Assembly: GCF_028368995.1 (NCBI RefSeq)
Contig: NZ_JAQNDL010000003.1
Location: 448,001 to 512,000, forward strand
DNA: 64,000 nucleotides
From: Nannocystis bainbridge
GTDB taxonomy: Bacteria; Myxococcota_A; Polyangia; Nannocystales; Nannocystaceae
Reading direction: 5' to 3'
Numbering within the stretch: the stretch's first letter is position 1; every line of letters starts with the position of its first letter. A program made the position numbers and the translations under genes. Positions 40,020-49,326 of this stretch are shown piece by piece. The notes below the pieces were generated by a model that worked only from the letters and a program-made list of their open reading frames with translations, searched no databases and had not been told where the DNA came from.

Positions 40020-42326
40020 TCAGGCGGACTGCTCGCGGCTCGTGACGAGCGCATCGCTCGTCACGATACTTTCAGACATGCCCTCAGGAGCATGTCCTTT
40101 AGAGCATGTCTCTTTCGACATATCCTGAAGAACATGCTCGATGCGCCAGGCGTGCCAGCTCTCCCCGCCGAGCACGTCGACCAACCGGACCCGCGCCACC
40201 CACGGCCCCTCGCCGGTGAGCGCGAGCCACCCGCTGTCGGCGTCGAGCTCCCGCCGGTTCCGTGTCCGCGCCGCCGCGAACGCCGGGCGATGCGGCGACT
40301 GTCCCTCGCCGGCCTCCGCGATCGGCCGAGCGACGATGGCCCAGGACGCCGACCCCGCGCCGGCACTCTCCCCGGACGCCAGACCCTCCGGTGCAACCGC
40401 AGCCACCCGCGCCTGCGCCTCGCCGACACTCTCCCCCGATGCAGCCGCAGCCGCCCGCGAAGCCTCGCCCGCCAGCGCCGGCTCCTGCTCCGAAGTCTCC
40501 GCGTCCGCTTGCACTTCGCCGCTGCGAACGCCTCGTGTCGAGGCTTCGCCCGCCGCCGAACAAGCCGCGCCCTCTCCCGCCTCTGACAGTCCCGTCTCGC
40601 CGTCCGCGACGCGAGCCACCGCGCCGATCGCCGGCGACGCCGTCGCAAATTCGACCGACCACGCCTCGACCGCCGCGCGAGCATCCCCCGCCGTCGCCAG
40701 CGCCGCCGTCGCCCGCGTCGGCGCCGAGAACCGCGCCCCCTCCAGAGTCGCCTGCACGCGCAACCCCGGGCCCGCCGCCGCGACCGCGAACGTCACCGCG
40801 ACCACCGGCCGCTCGCTCCACGGCGGCTCCCCGGCGTGCCCGCGCGGGTCGAGCAGGGCGCGCCGCAGCTGCAGGCAGACCACGCTCACGCCTGTCCCTT
40901 CGGCCAGCTCGGTGCCGGCCGGGAAACTCCACGCCCACGCCATCACCTCGAGCTTGCGCAGCCCGAGCCCCGCCGCGCTCGTCGCTGCCGCCGCCACCTC
41001 CGCGGCCGTCACCTCCCCGTCGAGCGGCCCGACCCACACCGCAGTGTCCCCCGCGATCCCCGTCACCCCGCCCGCGGCCGCCGCCCTGGCAGCGTCGCCG
41101 GCGATCTCCATCACTCCGCCGGTTGCCGCCGCCCTGGCAGCGTCCGCCGCGTTCCTCGTCACCCCGCCGGTTGCCGCCGCCCCGGCAGCGTCCCCCGCGT
41201 TCCCCGTCACCCCGCCCGCCGCCTGCGCCCCGCGCAGCCGCAGCACCGCGGCCGGCCACGGATCGGCCTGTCCCGAGAGCCAGATTGCGCGCTCCGCCGG
41301 CCCCAGCCCGGCGCGCACGAACCCGATACCTGGCTTTTCGGCCATGCGCGCGTGGGCCAGCTCGATCGCCGCGGCCGCGCTGTCGCAGCCGATCCATCGC
41401 CGCCCCAGCGCGTGCGCGGCCGCCAGCGTGGTCCCGGCGCCGCAGAAGAAATCGGCCACCAGCCCGCCGGGGTTCGAGCTGGCGGCGACGATCCGGCGCA
41501 GCAGGCTCTCGTTCTTCTGCGTGGCCCAGCCGGTCTTCTCGCGCGAAAAACTCTTGATCTGGATCGAGTCGAGCGAGTCGCCGCCGCGCAGCCGCCACTC
41601 GGCCGGGCTCGCGTTCCACACGTCCTCGACCGGCACGCCGCCCTGCTGGTCGGCCTCGCCCTTGCGCCGCCGGTACTCGCTCGGGTGCGCGTTGACCTGG
41701 CGGTGGAACACGAACCGCTGCGGGTCCTTGACGTAGAAGTAGATGAGGTCGTGGTTGCGGATCCAGTTGTTGGCCCGCGCCTTGAACCCCGAGATCCAGC
41801 CGACCCGCCACACGATCTCGCGCTGGAAACAGCCGGGCCCGAAGATCTCGTCGAGCAGCAGCTTCACCGCGTGACCGACGATCGGGTCGACGTGCACGTA
41901 GAGGCTGCCGTGCGGCGCCAGCAGGCGGTGGATCCGCCGCAGCCGCGGGTCCAGCATCTGCAGCAGCCCCGCGACCCCGCCGGGCCAGCGATCGCTGTAG
42001 GCCCGCGAGCGCAGCTCCGGCCCCTCCGCGTCGGCCCCGACCCGCGTCGTCCGCTCGAACTCGTGGCCGGTCGCGAACGGCGGGTCGATGTACACCAGGT
42101 CGATCGCCCCCGCGTGCGTCGCCATCAGCGCGTCCATCGCCAGCAGGTTGTCGCCGCCGACCAGCAGCCCCGGCGCCCGCGTCGGCTCGGCCTCGACCCC
42201 GCCGATCACCTGCTCGACCTGCAGCCCCAGCGAGCGCGCGGGCACCTCGACGCGCGCGCCGTCAGGCCCGTACTTGCCCGGCCACACCACCTCGACCGCG
42301 CCGCTTGCCGATCGTGGACGCGGCAT
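40020..42326 (-). CDS. Site-specific DNA methyltransferase (N6/N4, beta class, Mod-like), orphan in this window
   Basis: GDNL, DLVYIDPPF, TQKNESLLRRIV, ADFFCGAGTT, RRWIGCD. Confidence 0.88.
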   Translation of the reverse strand: MPRPRSASGAVEVVWPGKYGPDGARVEVPARSLGLQVEQVIGGVEAEPTRAPGLLVGGDNLLAMDALMATHAGAIDLVYIDPPFATGHEFERTTRVGADAEGPELRSRAYSDRWPGGVAGLLQMLDPRLRRIHRLLAPHGSLYVHVDPIVGHAVKLLLDEIFGPGCFQREIVWRVGWISGFKARANNWIRNHDLIYFYVKDPQRFVFHRQVNAHPSEYRRRKGEADQQGGVPVEDVWNASPAEWRLRGGDSLDSIQIKSFSREKTGWATQKNESLLRRIVAASSNPGGLVADFFCGAGTTLAAAHALGRRWIGCDSAAAAIELAHARMAEKPGIGFVRAGLGPAERAIWLSGQADPWPAAVLRLRGAQAAGGVTGNAGDAAGAAATGGVTRNAADAARAAATGGVMEIAGDAARAAAAGGVTGIAGDTAVWVGPLDGEVTAAEVAAAATSAAGLGLRKLEVMAWAWSFPAGTELAEGTGVSVVCLQLRRALLDPRGHAGEPPWSERPVVAVTFAVAAAGPGLRVQATLEGARFSAPTRATAALATAGDARAAVEAWSVEFATASPAIGAVARVADGETGLSEAGEGAACSAAGEASTRGVRSGEVQADAETSEQEPALAGEASRAAAAASGESVGEAQARVAAVAPEGLASGESAGAGSASWAIVARPIAEAGEGQSPHRPAFAAARTRNRRELDADSGWLALTGEGPWVARVRLVDVLGGESWHAWRIEHVLQDMSKETCSKGHAPEGMSESIVTSDALVTSREQSA
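40040..40066. terminator. Perfect 12-bp stem hairpin, possible terminator
   Basis: tcgtgacgagcg-cat-cgctcgtcacga followed by tacttt, in a convergent region. Confidence 0.5.
40075..40137. repeat. TGTC-N6-GACA array with five phased cores
   Basis: Cores 40077, 40091, 40105, 40119, 40133. Confidence 0.88.
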
Positions 42327-42329
42327 GTC

Positions 42330-42752
42330 TCAAGGGACAGGTGGGGGCGGCGGCAGCTGCAGCTCCGGCTGCGACAGCGAGCGCACGTAGGCGACCAGGA
42401 CCTTGAGGGTCGGCTCGCTGAAGTGCGGGAAGCTCGGCATGGTCGGCGGCCGCCCGCCACGGATCGATCGCCGCAGCCGCTCGTCGCTGAGGGTGCTCAT
42501 GAACCCGGGGTCGGTCAGGTCGCGCACGCCCGCGACCTCCGGCAGCCCCTTGCCGTCATGGCCGTGGCAGCGGGCGCAGTTCTGGGCGAAGATCTTGGCC
42601 CCGGAGATGTCCCGCTCGGGCCCGGTCGGCTCATGACAGCCCGCCAGCAGCCCGGCGAACAACATGGCACTTCGGACATGTCCGAAAAGCCCGCCGCGCG
42701 CCCCGGACGGCGAGGCGGGAGCGTGCGCGCGCGGGTCAGCGGTGGCGGACAT
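42330..42752 (-). CDS. Monoheme c-type cytochrome lipoprotein
   Basis: LAGC, CARCH heme motif, distal TMPSF. Start uncertain (42665, 42752 or 42776). Confidence 0.88.
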   Translation of the reverse strand: MSATADPRAHAPASPSGARGGLFGHVRSAMLFAGLLAGCHEPTGPERDISGAKIFAQNCARCHGHDGKGLPEVAGVRDLTDPGFMSTLSDERLRRSIRGGRPPTMPSFPHFSEPTLKVLVAYVRSLSQPELQLPPPPPVP

Positions 42753-42925
42753 GCGCGGCGACCTTAGCAGAGTCACCGCCGCAGCGTCCCCACGTTCGAC
42801 CTGCGACCGCGCGTCCCGGGTGACTCACCGACGCTCGGGCCGCGACCGTGACGGGCTCTCCTGGGCCGCTGGCGCGACCCTGCAGCGTCCCCGCGAGTCG
42901 GCGTTCAGCACTGCCTGGGCCCCTG

Positions 42926-43828
42926 TCAGCGCCGCGGCAGCAGCGTCAGCGCTCGCCCCGGCTGCAGCGCGTCGGCGGGCTCCTGGTCCGCGGGCCGCGG
43001 CACCGGCCGGGCGCGGATCCCCGCGTGCTGCGGCGAGGTCGTCGGTGGAAGCTGCGGGGGCGGCGCGCTCGGCGGCGTCGTCATCGGCGGCGCCGTCGTT
43101 TCCGGCGTCGGCGCCGGCGCGTTCGGGCCCGGCGGGCTGGCCGGCGGCGCGATCGTCGGCCCCGGCGCCGGGTACTGCACCGGCCCTTCGACGCGCGTGT
43201 TGCCGTCCTCGGTGAGGATATAGCCCTCGGCGTCGACCGCGGCGTCGGCCGGCGGGATGTAGTCGCCGTTCGGCGTCAGCAGCCCGAGGCGCATGCCCAG
43301 GCTGTCGTTGTAGATGTTGACCGCGCGGGCGTAGCCCGTCTCGGCCCGGCGGTAGAACACGCCGGCGGCGATCGCCAGGCCCACGGTCGCCAGCACGCTG
43401 CCGAGCATCACCGAGTTAGCCCCGTTCAGCTTCTGGAAATCGAAGCCTTCGCGGGCCGTCGCCGCCCCGCTGGCGATGAACAGCAGCCCCGTGACCGCCC
43501 CCAGCGCCGCCAGGATCCGCGAGCGCCGCAGCTCCTTGTAGGGCAGCGCCTCCGAGCTGTTCTTCTCCGAGCGGAGGATCGCGTCGAGCGACTGCCAGCT
43601 GCGCTTGGTCGCCATCGGGTGCAGGCCCTTGGTGTAGCGGGTCCCCTGCGGCTCCTCGTGGCGGAAGATCCAGTTCTCTTTGAGCGCCTTCTCGCGCTCG
43701 GCCCGATCCTTGATCGTCTCGAGCTTGGCGAAGTCGGTCGGCTGCAGCTGCGGCGTCAGCGACATGCACCCGCTCACGCAGAGGCACAGCGCGAGGACCA
43801 GGGGCGAGGGTCGGCGGGCGCGATTCAC
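42926..43828 (-). CDS. Hypothetical lipoprotein with TM segments and Pro-rich tail
   Basis: VSGC lipobox, two hydrophobic segments. Confidence 0.75.
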   Translation of the reverse strand: MNRARRPSPLVLALCLCVSGCMSLTPQLQPTDFAKLETIKDRAEREKALKENWIFRHEEPQGTRYTKGLHPMATKRSWQSLDAILRSEKNSSEALPYKELRRSRILAALGAVTGLLFIASGAATAREGFDFQKLNGANSVMLGSVLATVGLAIAAGVFYRRAETGYARAVNIYNDSLGMRLGLLTPNGDYIPPADAAVDAEGYILTEDGNTRVEGPVQYPAPGPTIAPPASPPGPNAPAPTPETTAPPMTTPPSAPPPQLPPTTSPQHAGIRARPVPRPADQEPADALQPGRALTLLPRR

Positions 43829-43963
43829 GTCGCTCTCACGCTAGCACGGACCGCCGGCGCTGCTAAGAGCCCCCGCGGGCCGCGCGAGCCTGCCCTGCCG
43901 TCCGCTGGCTGCAGCCACGCACGCCGGAGCGACCCGGAGTTCGGCCCCGGCGACGCATGGGTG

Positions 43964-45985
43964 TCACGACCCCAGGTGCGCAACTCGCTGCGGATCTACG
44001 TCCGGCACCGGTTTGGCGGCGGGCGGCGCTGCCACGGCCTCGGCTTGCCCGGCCGTCCTGGTCCGCCGGGCCCCGGCTTGCGCTGCCGCCTTGCGCAGGC
44101 GACGTCCGATGGCGTTCTGGTGATCGGCCGCCCGCTGCACGAGCTCCGGGTCGCCGGGCGCCTCCAGCGTCCGCGCCATCGTTCGCGCCAGCGCCGGCAT
44201 CGTCAGCACGTCGACGAGGTTGTGGCCGACCACGCGGCGCACCGCCTCGCGCGCCCGGGCCTCGTGGGGCTCGCGCAGCGCCGCCCAGAACACCTCCGGG
44301 ATCGCCCGCCCTGCGATGTCGCCGTCGCGCCGCACCCCCAGCTGCGTCCGCTCGAGCGTCGTCAGGCGGCAATCCGGCCCGCGCCCGCGCCACAGCCGGC
44401 GCGCGACTGGCAGCAGATCGAGGTGCGTCCCGGCCAGCGCGTCGGTCGGCAGCCCGCACCGGCGCAGCCGCCCGCGCAGCAGCGGCAGGTCGAAGCTCGC
44501 CCCGTTGAACGTCACCAGCGGCCCGCCGAGCGCCCGCAGCCGGGCCTCGAGGTCCGCCAGCAGCGCCGCCTCGCCCGACAATTGCGTCAGCAGCCACTGC
44601 TCGATCTGCCACCCGGCCTCGTCCAGCGTCGCCAGCCCGACCACGAACGCCACCGTGCCCGCCCCGTGCCCGAGCCCGGTCGACTCGGTGTCGAGAAACA
44701 CTGGCCTTTTGGACATGTCCTGTTCGCCATGTCCGTAAAGCCATGTAAATGCCTTCTGCCACTCCGCCGGCCCCGGCAGCTCGAGCCCGCGGCCGACCAG
44801 CAGCGGCGGCCTGGCCCCGAGGCACGGCCAGCGCGTGACCTCGCGGACGAACCCCGCCCCCGGCGCGACGCCGGGCAAGGCAGGGGTGGCGCGCTCGCCC
44901 TCGAACCGCCCCATCCGCCGCCAAAGCGCCGGCCGAGTCGGCGCACCGCCGTCCAGCGGGCCCGGCCGCGAGGAGAGCGACACCTCGCGCCCGAGCTCGC
45001 CCGCAACACGAGCCGCGGGGCTCCTGTCCTCATCCTCTCGTCCCGCGACCTCGTCCGCCCGCGTCCGAGCCCCGGCCTCTCGCCCCGCAACTTCGCCAGG
45101 CAACACGGGCGACGGCCTCACCGCTCCGACCCCTCGCTCCCCAACCTCTTCAGGTCGCGCAGGCGATCGCACCAACGCACCTGCCCCTCGCTCCCCAACC
45201 TCCGCAGGCCGTGGCGCCGTCATCCCGCGCCCGCTCTGCCCGCCGAACTCTGCCAGCGGCCCGGCGATCGCAGCGCCGATCCTCTCTCCGACACTGACAG
45301 CCCCGCGACGCTCCGGCGGCGCGACCGTGAAATCGCGTAGATCTTCGGCTCTGCGACGGCTCTCGACCGGACTCGGCCGTGGGTTCGTCCCCGCGGCGAT
45401 GATCTCCCCGTTGGCCGTCACCTTCGAGCGGTTCGGGCGTGCCCGCGACGTCCACAACACGTACGTCCCCGACACCCGCGGATCGATCCGCCGTTCCTCC
45501 GCACCTGCCCCTCCAGACAGCCCGCCTGCGCGGCCCGCCAATGCCGGCGCCCGCTCGCCCGCGCGATTCGTCGGACCTGTCCCTTCAGACAGCCCAGAAT
45601 CTGCCAGCGCCCGCGCGCTCGTGCGTCCTGCCGGCTGCGCGTCGTTCAGAGCTGGCCGGCTCTCGCCCCGAACCTTCTGTCCCGCCGCGACCGGCGCCTC
45701 GCTCCCCGCAGCGCTCCGCGTCATCCCCGCCGAAACCCGCCGATCGCCGCTCCCCCGACCTGCCCCTTCGGACAGCCTACCCTGGCTCATCCCACCCGGC
45801 TGCCCGCTCGTCGCGCGCGACGGACTCGGCGGCCCGTCCGTCCCAACGGAAGAACTCTGCGGCTCGCTCGCCCTCGGCGAGCTCTGTGGCTCGCCTGCCG
45901 CCGTCCCGCCTGCCGGCTCGGAGACGCTGTCCTGCTCGCGGCGCCCGAGCGCCCGCTCGAACCGCCGCAGCAGCGCCGAGCTCAC
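43964..45985 (-). CDS. YprB/MrfB-like RNase H-fold exonuclease with long low-complexity N-terminus
   Basis: FLDTESTGL..GAGT, LVTFNGASFDLPLL, HLDLL, HNLVDV; GTGA overlap with the helicase stop. Confidence 0.85.
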   Translation of the reverse strand: MSSALLRRFERALGRREQDSVSEPAGGTAAGEPQSSPRASEPQSSSVGTDGPPSPSRATSGQPGGMSQGRLSEGAGRGSGDRRVSAGMTRSAAGSEAPVAAGQKVRGESRPALNDAQPAGRTSARALADSGLSEGTGPTNRAGERAPALAGRAGGLSGGAGAEERRIDPRVSGTYVLWTSRARPNRSKVTANGEIIAAGTNPRPSPVESRRRAEDLRDFTVAPPERRGAVSVGERIGAAIAGPLAEFGGQSGRGMTAPRPAEVGERGAGALVRSPARPEEVGERGVGAVRPSPVLPGEVAGREAGARTRADEVAGREDEDRSPAARVAGELGREVSLSSRPGPLDGGAPTRPALWRRMGRFEGERATPALPGVAPGAGFVREVTRWPCLGARPPLLVGRGLELPGPAEWQKAFTWLYGHGEQDMSKRPVFLDTESTGLGHGAGTVAFVVGLATLDEAGWQIEQWLLTQLSGEAALLADLEARLRALGGPLVTFNGASFDLPLLRGRLRRCGLPTDALAGTHLDLLPVARRLWRGRGPDCRLTTLERTQLGVRRDGDIAGRAIPEVFWAALREPHEARAREAVRRVVGHNLVDVLTMPALARTMARTLEAPGDPELVQRAADHQNAIGRRLRKAAAQAGARRTRTAGQAEAVAAPPAAKPVPDVDPQRVAHLGS
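44700..44746. repeat. TGTC-N6-GACA array inside the exonuclease gene
   Basis: Cores 44714, 44728, 44742, plus degenerate 44700. Confidence 0.75.
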
Positions 45986-48573
45986 GCAGCCCCTCGCAGG
46001 CGGTCGCGCAGCGCCAGCAGCAGCGCCATCGCATCGGCGCGCAGGCTCTCGCGCGGCTGCGGCGGCCGGGTCACGTGGTTGGCCCCCGGCAGCGACTGCA
46101 TCGCCGCGATCCGGCTCGCCAGCCCCTTGAGCCCTGGCGTCTCGCCGGCCCGCACGACCTCGCCGCCGCCGGTCCCGAGCGGCTCACCCGCTCCTTGCAC
46201 CCCGAGGCACGTCGGGCAGCCGCGCGCGCAGCGGCAGTTCGTCACCGCCGCGATCACCCGCTCGAACAGCTCGGCCCCCAGCGCGTACGCCTGCGACGCC
46301 AGCCCGGCCCCGCCTGGCAGGTTGTCGTAGACCAGCAGGCACGGCGACGCCCCGGCCTGCATCACCGAATCAGTCGACACCCGGCCGCCGCGGCCCGCGA
46401 TCACCGGCGCCCACGAACCGGCCTCGGCCGAGCCCGCCACCACCGCGTGGCCGAGGTCGTGCACGTCACACATCAGCAGCATCGCCGCGCAGTGGTGGAC
46501 CGCGTGGCCGATCGCCAGCGCCGCCGCCGCGCGCCGACCCGGGTCGGGCACCAGCGACAGCGCCCACTCGCCGAACGTGAAGTGGACCGCCAGCGTGTGC
46601 AGCTCGAGGTCCGGCAGGTGCACCGGCCCGGCGCCCACGTTCTCGTGGGTGCGGAAGCGCAGCTTCTTGAAGCCCGGCACCGTGCGGACCAGGTGGGCGT
46701 AGCCGAGCCCGCGGCCGCGCGGCGGATCCGTCGCTATCGGCTCGACCAGGCGGACCTTCACCTGCGAGATCGCCTCGGTGTAGTAGGTCGCCTTGACCTC
46801 GCGGACGTACGCCTTGCGCGGCTGCCAGTCGAGGCGCAGCACCTCGTAGGTCGTGCCCTCGATTGAGTAGATCGCGCCCGGATGGAGGTAGAGCGGCCCG
46901 TCCTCGAAATCGACCTCGGCGAGCAGCCGCCCGTCGCTCGCCAGCCCCGGGGCCACCTCGAGCACCGTGAAGTTCTCCTCGAGCCCGCCGCGCAGGTCGA
47001 CCTTGTCGGCCGGGAACGCGTCGCCGATCGTGAAGTAGCGGGCCGACCCGTCAGCCCCGCGCTCGCCGTGCAGCGCCCCGCGCTCGGCCAGGTACGCCAG
47101 CGCCGGCCCGATCTCGCCCGCCGCGATGCCCGGGTACACCACCGTCTCCGCCGGCGCCTCGCCGGGCGGCATCACGATCGGCAGCTCGTAGGCCGCGCAG
47201 CGCAGGTGCGGGATCAGGATCTCCGGGTTGTCCGGGTCGACCTGCGCCCGCTCGGGCGGCTCGTCGAACAGGAACCCCGGCGTCGCCGCGATGAACTGGT
47301 CGAGCGGGTCGGACGACAGCACCAGCGCCGTCAGCGACGGCGACAGCCGCCGGCCCGCCCGGCCCGCGCGCTGCAGCGTGGCCGCCCGCGTCCCCGGGTA
47401 GCCCGCCAGCACCACCGCGTCGAGCCCGCCGATGTCCATCCCGAGCTCGAGCGCATGCGTCGTCGCCACCACCTGCGCCTCGCCGTCCTGCAGCGCCTGT
47501 TCGACCTCGCGCCGGCGCTCCGGCAGGTAGCCGCCGCGGTAGCCGCGGATCTTCTTCTTCGCCAGCTCCGCGCGGGCCAGGGCCGCCGCGTCGACGCCGA
47601 CCGGCTCGCCCGGCGTCACCCCGGCCTCGTCCTCGCGCAGGTAGCGGGTCAGCAGCTCTACCGCCTTGCGCGTGCGGCAGAACGCCAGCGTCGCCACCCC
47701 CGCCGCGCGGAACACCGAGGTCACCGCGCGCGTGACCTTGAGGTAGTCGCGGCGCACCCCGGTGGCCGGGTCGACGACCTTGGGGTTCAGGACCACGAAC
47801 GTGCGCGTCCCGGTCGGCGCCCCGTCGCGGTCGACCAGCACGAAGTCGGGCCGGCCGGTGACCGCCGCCGCCAGCTCGCGCGGGTTGTGGATCGTCGCCG
47901 AGCAGCAGATGACCGTCGGCCGCGCCCCGTGGTAGGCGCACACCCGCCACAGCCGGCGCAGCACGTTGGCCACGTGGCTGCCGAACACCCCGCGGTACAT
48001 GTGCAGCTCGTCGAGCACGACGTAGCGCAGCTCGGCCAGCAGCGGCCCCCAGCGCTCGTGGTGCGGCAAGATCCCGCGGTGCAGCATGTCCGGGTTGGTC
48101 GCCACCACGTGGGCCCGGGTGCGGGCCGCCTTGCGCTCCTCCGGCGGTGTGTCACCGTCGTAAGCGCCGGCGCCGATGATGCCCGGCCCCACCTCGGCCG
48201 CCAGCGCGCGCAGGCTCCGGACCTGGTCGCGCGCCAGCGCCTTGGTCGGGAACAGCAGCAGCGCCCGCGCCCGCGGGTCGTCGAGCGCCGCCTGGACGAT
48301 CGGCGCGTGAAAACACAGCGACTTGCCCGACGCCGTCGAGGTCGCCAGCACGACATCCTGGCCGCCGCGGGCCGCCGCGATGGCCTCGGCCTGGTGCGTG
48401 TACGGCCGCGTCACGCCGCGCTTGGCCAGCGCAGACAGCAGCCGCTCGTCGAAGCCCGGCGGCCAATCGCCGTAGCTGCCGGCGCGCGCGGCGACTTCGT
48501 GCTCGGCCACGACATCGGCGTGGCGTCCCTGGCAGAGCTGCTCGCGAATCGCGTTCAGCCCGGCGCCATCCAA
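45982..48573 (-). CDS. DEAD/DEAH box helicase with DUF1998 (YprA/MrfA-like)
   Basis: TASGKS, PTKALARDQ, DELH, SAT, LELGMDIG, QRAGRAGR, YD..PGGAG, CRCARGCPTC. Start uncertain (48573 TTG or 48693 ATG). Confidence 0.92.
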   Translation of the reverse strand: MDGAGLNAIREQLCQGRHADVVAEHEVAARAGSYGDWPPGFDERLLSALAKRGVTRPYTHQAEAIAAARGGQDVVLATSTASGKSLCFHAPIVQAALDDPRARALLLFPTKALARDQVRSLRALAAEVGPGIIGAGAYDGDTPPEERKAARTRAHVVATNPDMLHRGILPHHERWGPLLAELRYVVLDELHMYRGVFGSHVANVLRRLWRVCAYHGARPTVICCSATIHNPRELAAAVTGRPDFVLVDRDGAPTGTRTFVVLNPKVVDPATGVRRDYLKVTRAVTSVFRAAGVATLAFCRTRKAVELLTRYLREDEAGVTPGEPVGVDAAALARAELAKKKIRGYRGGYLPERRREVEQALQDGEAQVVATTHALELGMDIGGLDAVVLAGYPGTRAATLQRAGRAGRRLSPSLTALVLSSDPLDQFIAATPGFLFDEPPERAQVDPDNPEILIPHLRCAAYELPIVMPPGEAPAETVVYPGIAAGEIGPALAYLAERGALHGERGADGSARYFTIGDAFPADKVDLRGGLEENFTVLEVAPGLASDGRLLAEVDFEDGPLYLHPGAIYSIEGTTYEVLRLDWQPRKAYVREVKATYYTEAISQVKVRLVEPIATDPPRGRGLGYAHLVRTVPGFKKLRFRTHENVGAGPVHLPDLELHTLAVHFTFGEWALSLVPDPGRRAAAALAIGHAVHHCAAMLLMCDVHDLGHAVVAGSAEAGSWAPVIAGRGGRVSTDSVMQAGASPCLLVYDNLPGGAGLASQAYALGAELFERVIAAVTNCRCARGCPTCLGVQGAGEPLGTGGGEVVRAGETPGLKGLASRIAAMQSLPGANHVTRPPQPRESLRADAMALLLALRDRLRGAA

Positions 48574-49231
48574 ACCATTCGATAAAACATCAGGCTCCCC
48601 CGCGGCGGTTGAGGTACGTTCTAGACCGCTCGAACGTGCCTCTGTCTGAAGGAGGGAGCGCGCGCGGGGAAAGCCTGAAGAGTGCTCTAGCATCGTTGCC
48701 CAGGAAGCGTTGCACTGAACACTTGCCAGGTAGCTACATCCGTTCAGGATCCGCGTCAAGGACTTTGCAGGCCCGCAGAGCGGCCGCTATGCCGAGCAAA
48801 AAGAGGTTTTGGGCGCGTGCGGCGCTCACGCAAGCGGACTCGGCTCGATCAGCGCAAGGGCCGCAGATCGCAACATGGCCGGGAATCGAGCAGATCTCTC
48901 CCGCATCGGACATGGCGCCGCGAACAGCGCGGGCTTCCGACGCTGTCCCGATGGGCCCTCGATGGAGGCGCTCCCATTGGGGAGCTACTGGCTGATTCGC
49001 GTCGTCTCGTCCGCGCGCCCGTACGCGATGGACCGGGGACCGTGACTGACGCTGCTTCCGACGTCTTGCGCGAGCTTCTGTCCTGCTTCCGCGACTCCCT
49101 TCGAATCTTCTCCGAGCTCTCCGAGCTGCTTCGCGTTGCGTGCCGTCGTCGCGACGGCGACGACGATCGGTGCGCGCGCCGAACGACGACCGCGCCTCGA
49201 AAGGATCGATCACCTCCCGCACTTCGTCAAG

Positions 49232-49267
49232 TCGCGGCGAAAATTCTCGCGCCGAATTTTCTCGCGA
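49232..49267. terminator. Inverted repeat downstream of the IgGFc-binding gene
   Basis: gaaaattc-tcgcgcc-gaattttc flanked by tcgcg/cgcga. Confidence 0.4.
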
Positions 49268-49326
49268 CGCGAGCCGCTCGCGAGCGCCGAACCTCGCGAG
49301 CGAGGCCCGACGCTTCTAAAAAGTTT

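Noticed and set aside
40020-48573. Methyltransferase plus DUF1998 helicase as a DISARM/Druantia-type defence island
   Set aside because: The helicase is fused to DUF1998 and paired with a YprB exonuclease (MrfAB-like); no DrmA/C/D, SNF2 or PLD genes are present, and unrelated genes intervene.
48760-49320. Possible ORF or ncRNA in the helicase / lipoprotein intergenic region
   Set aside because: No convincing start, codon bias or recognisable RNA family; only short inverted repeats.
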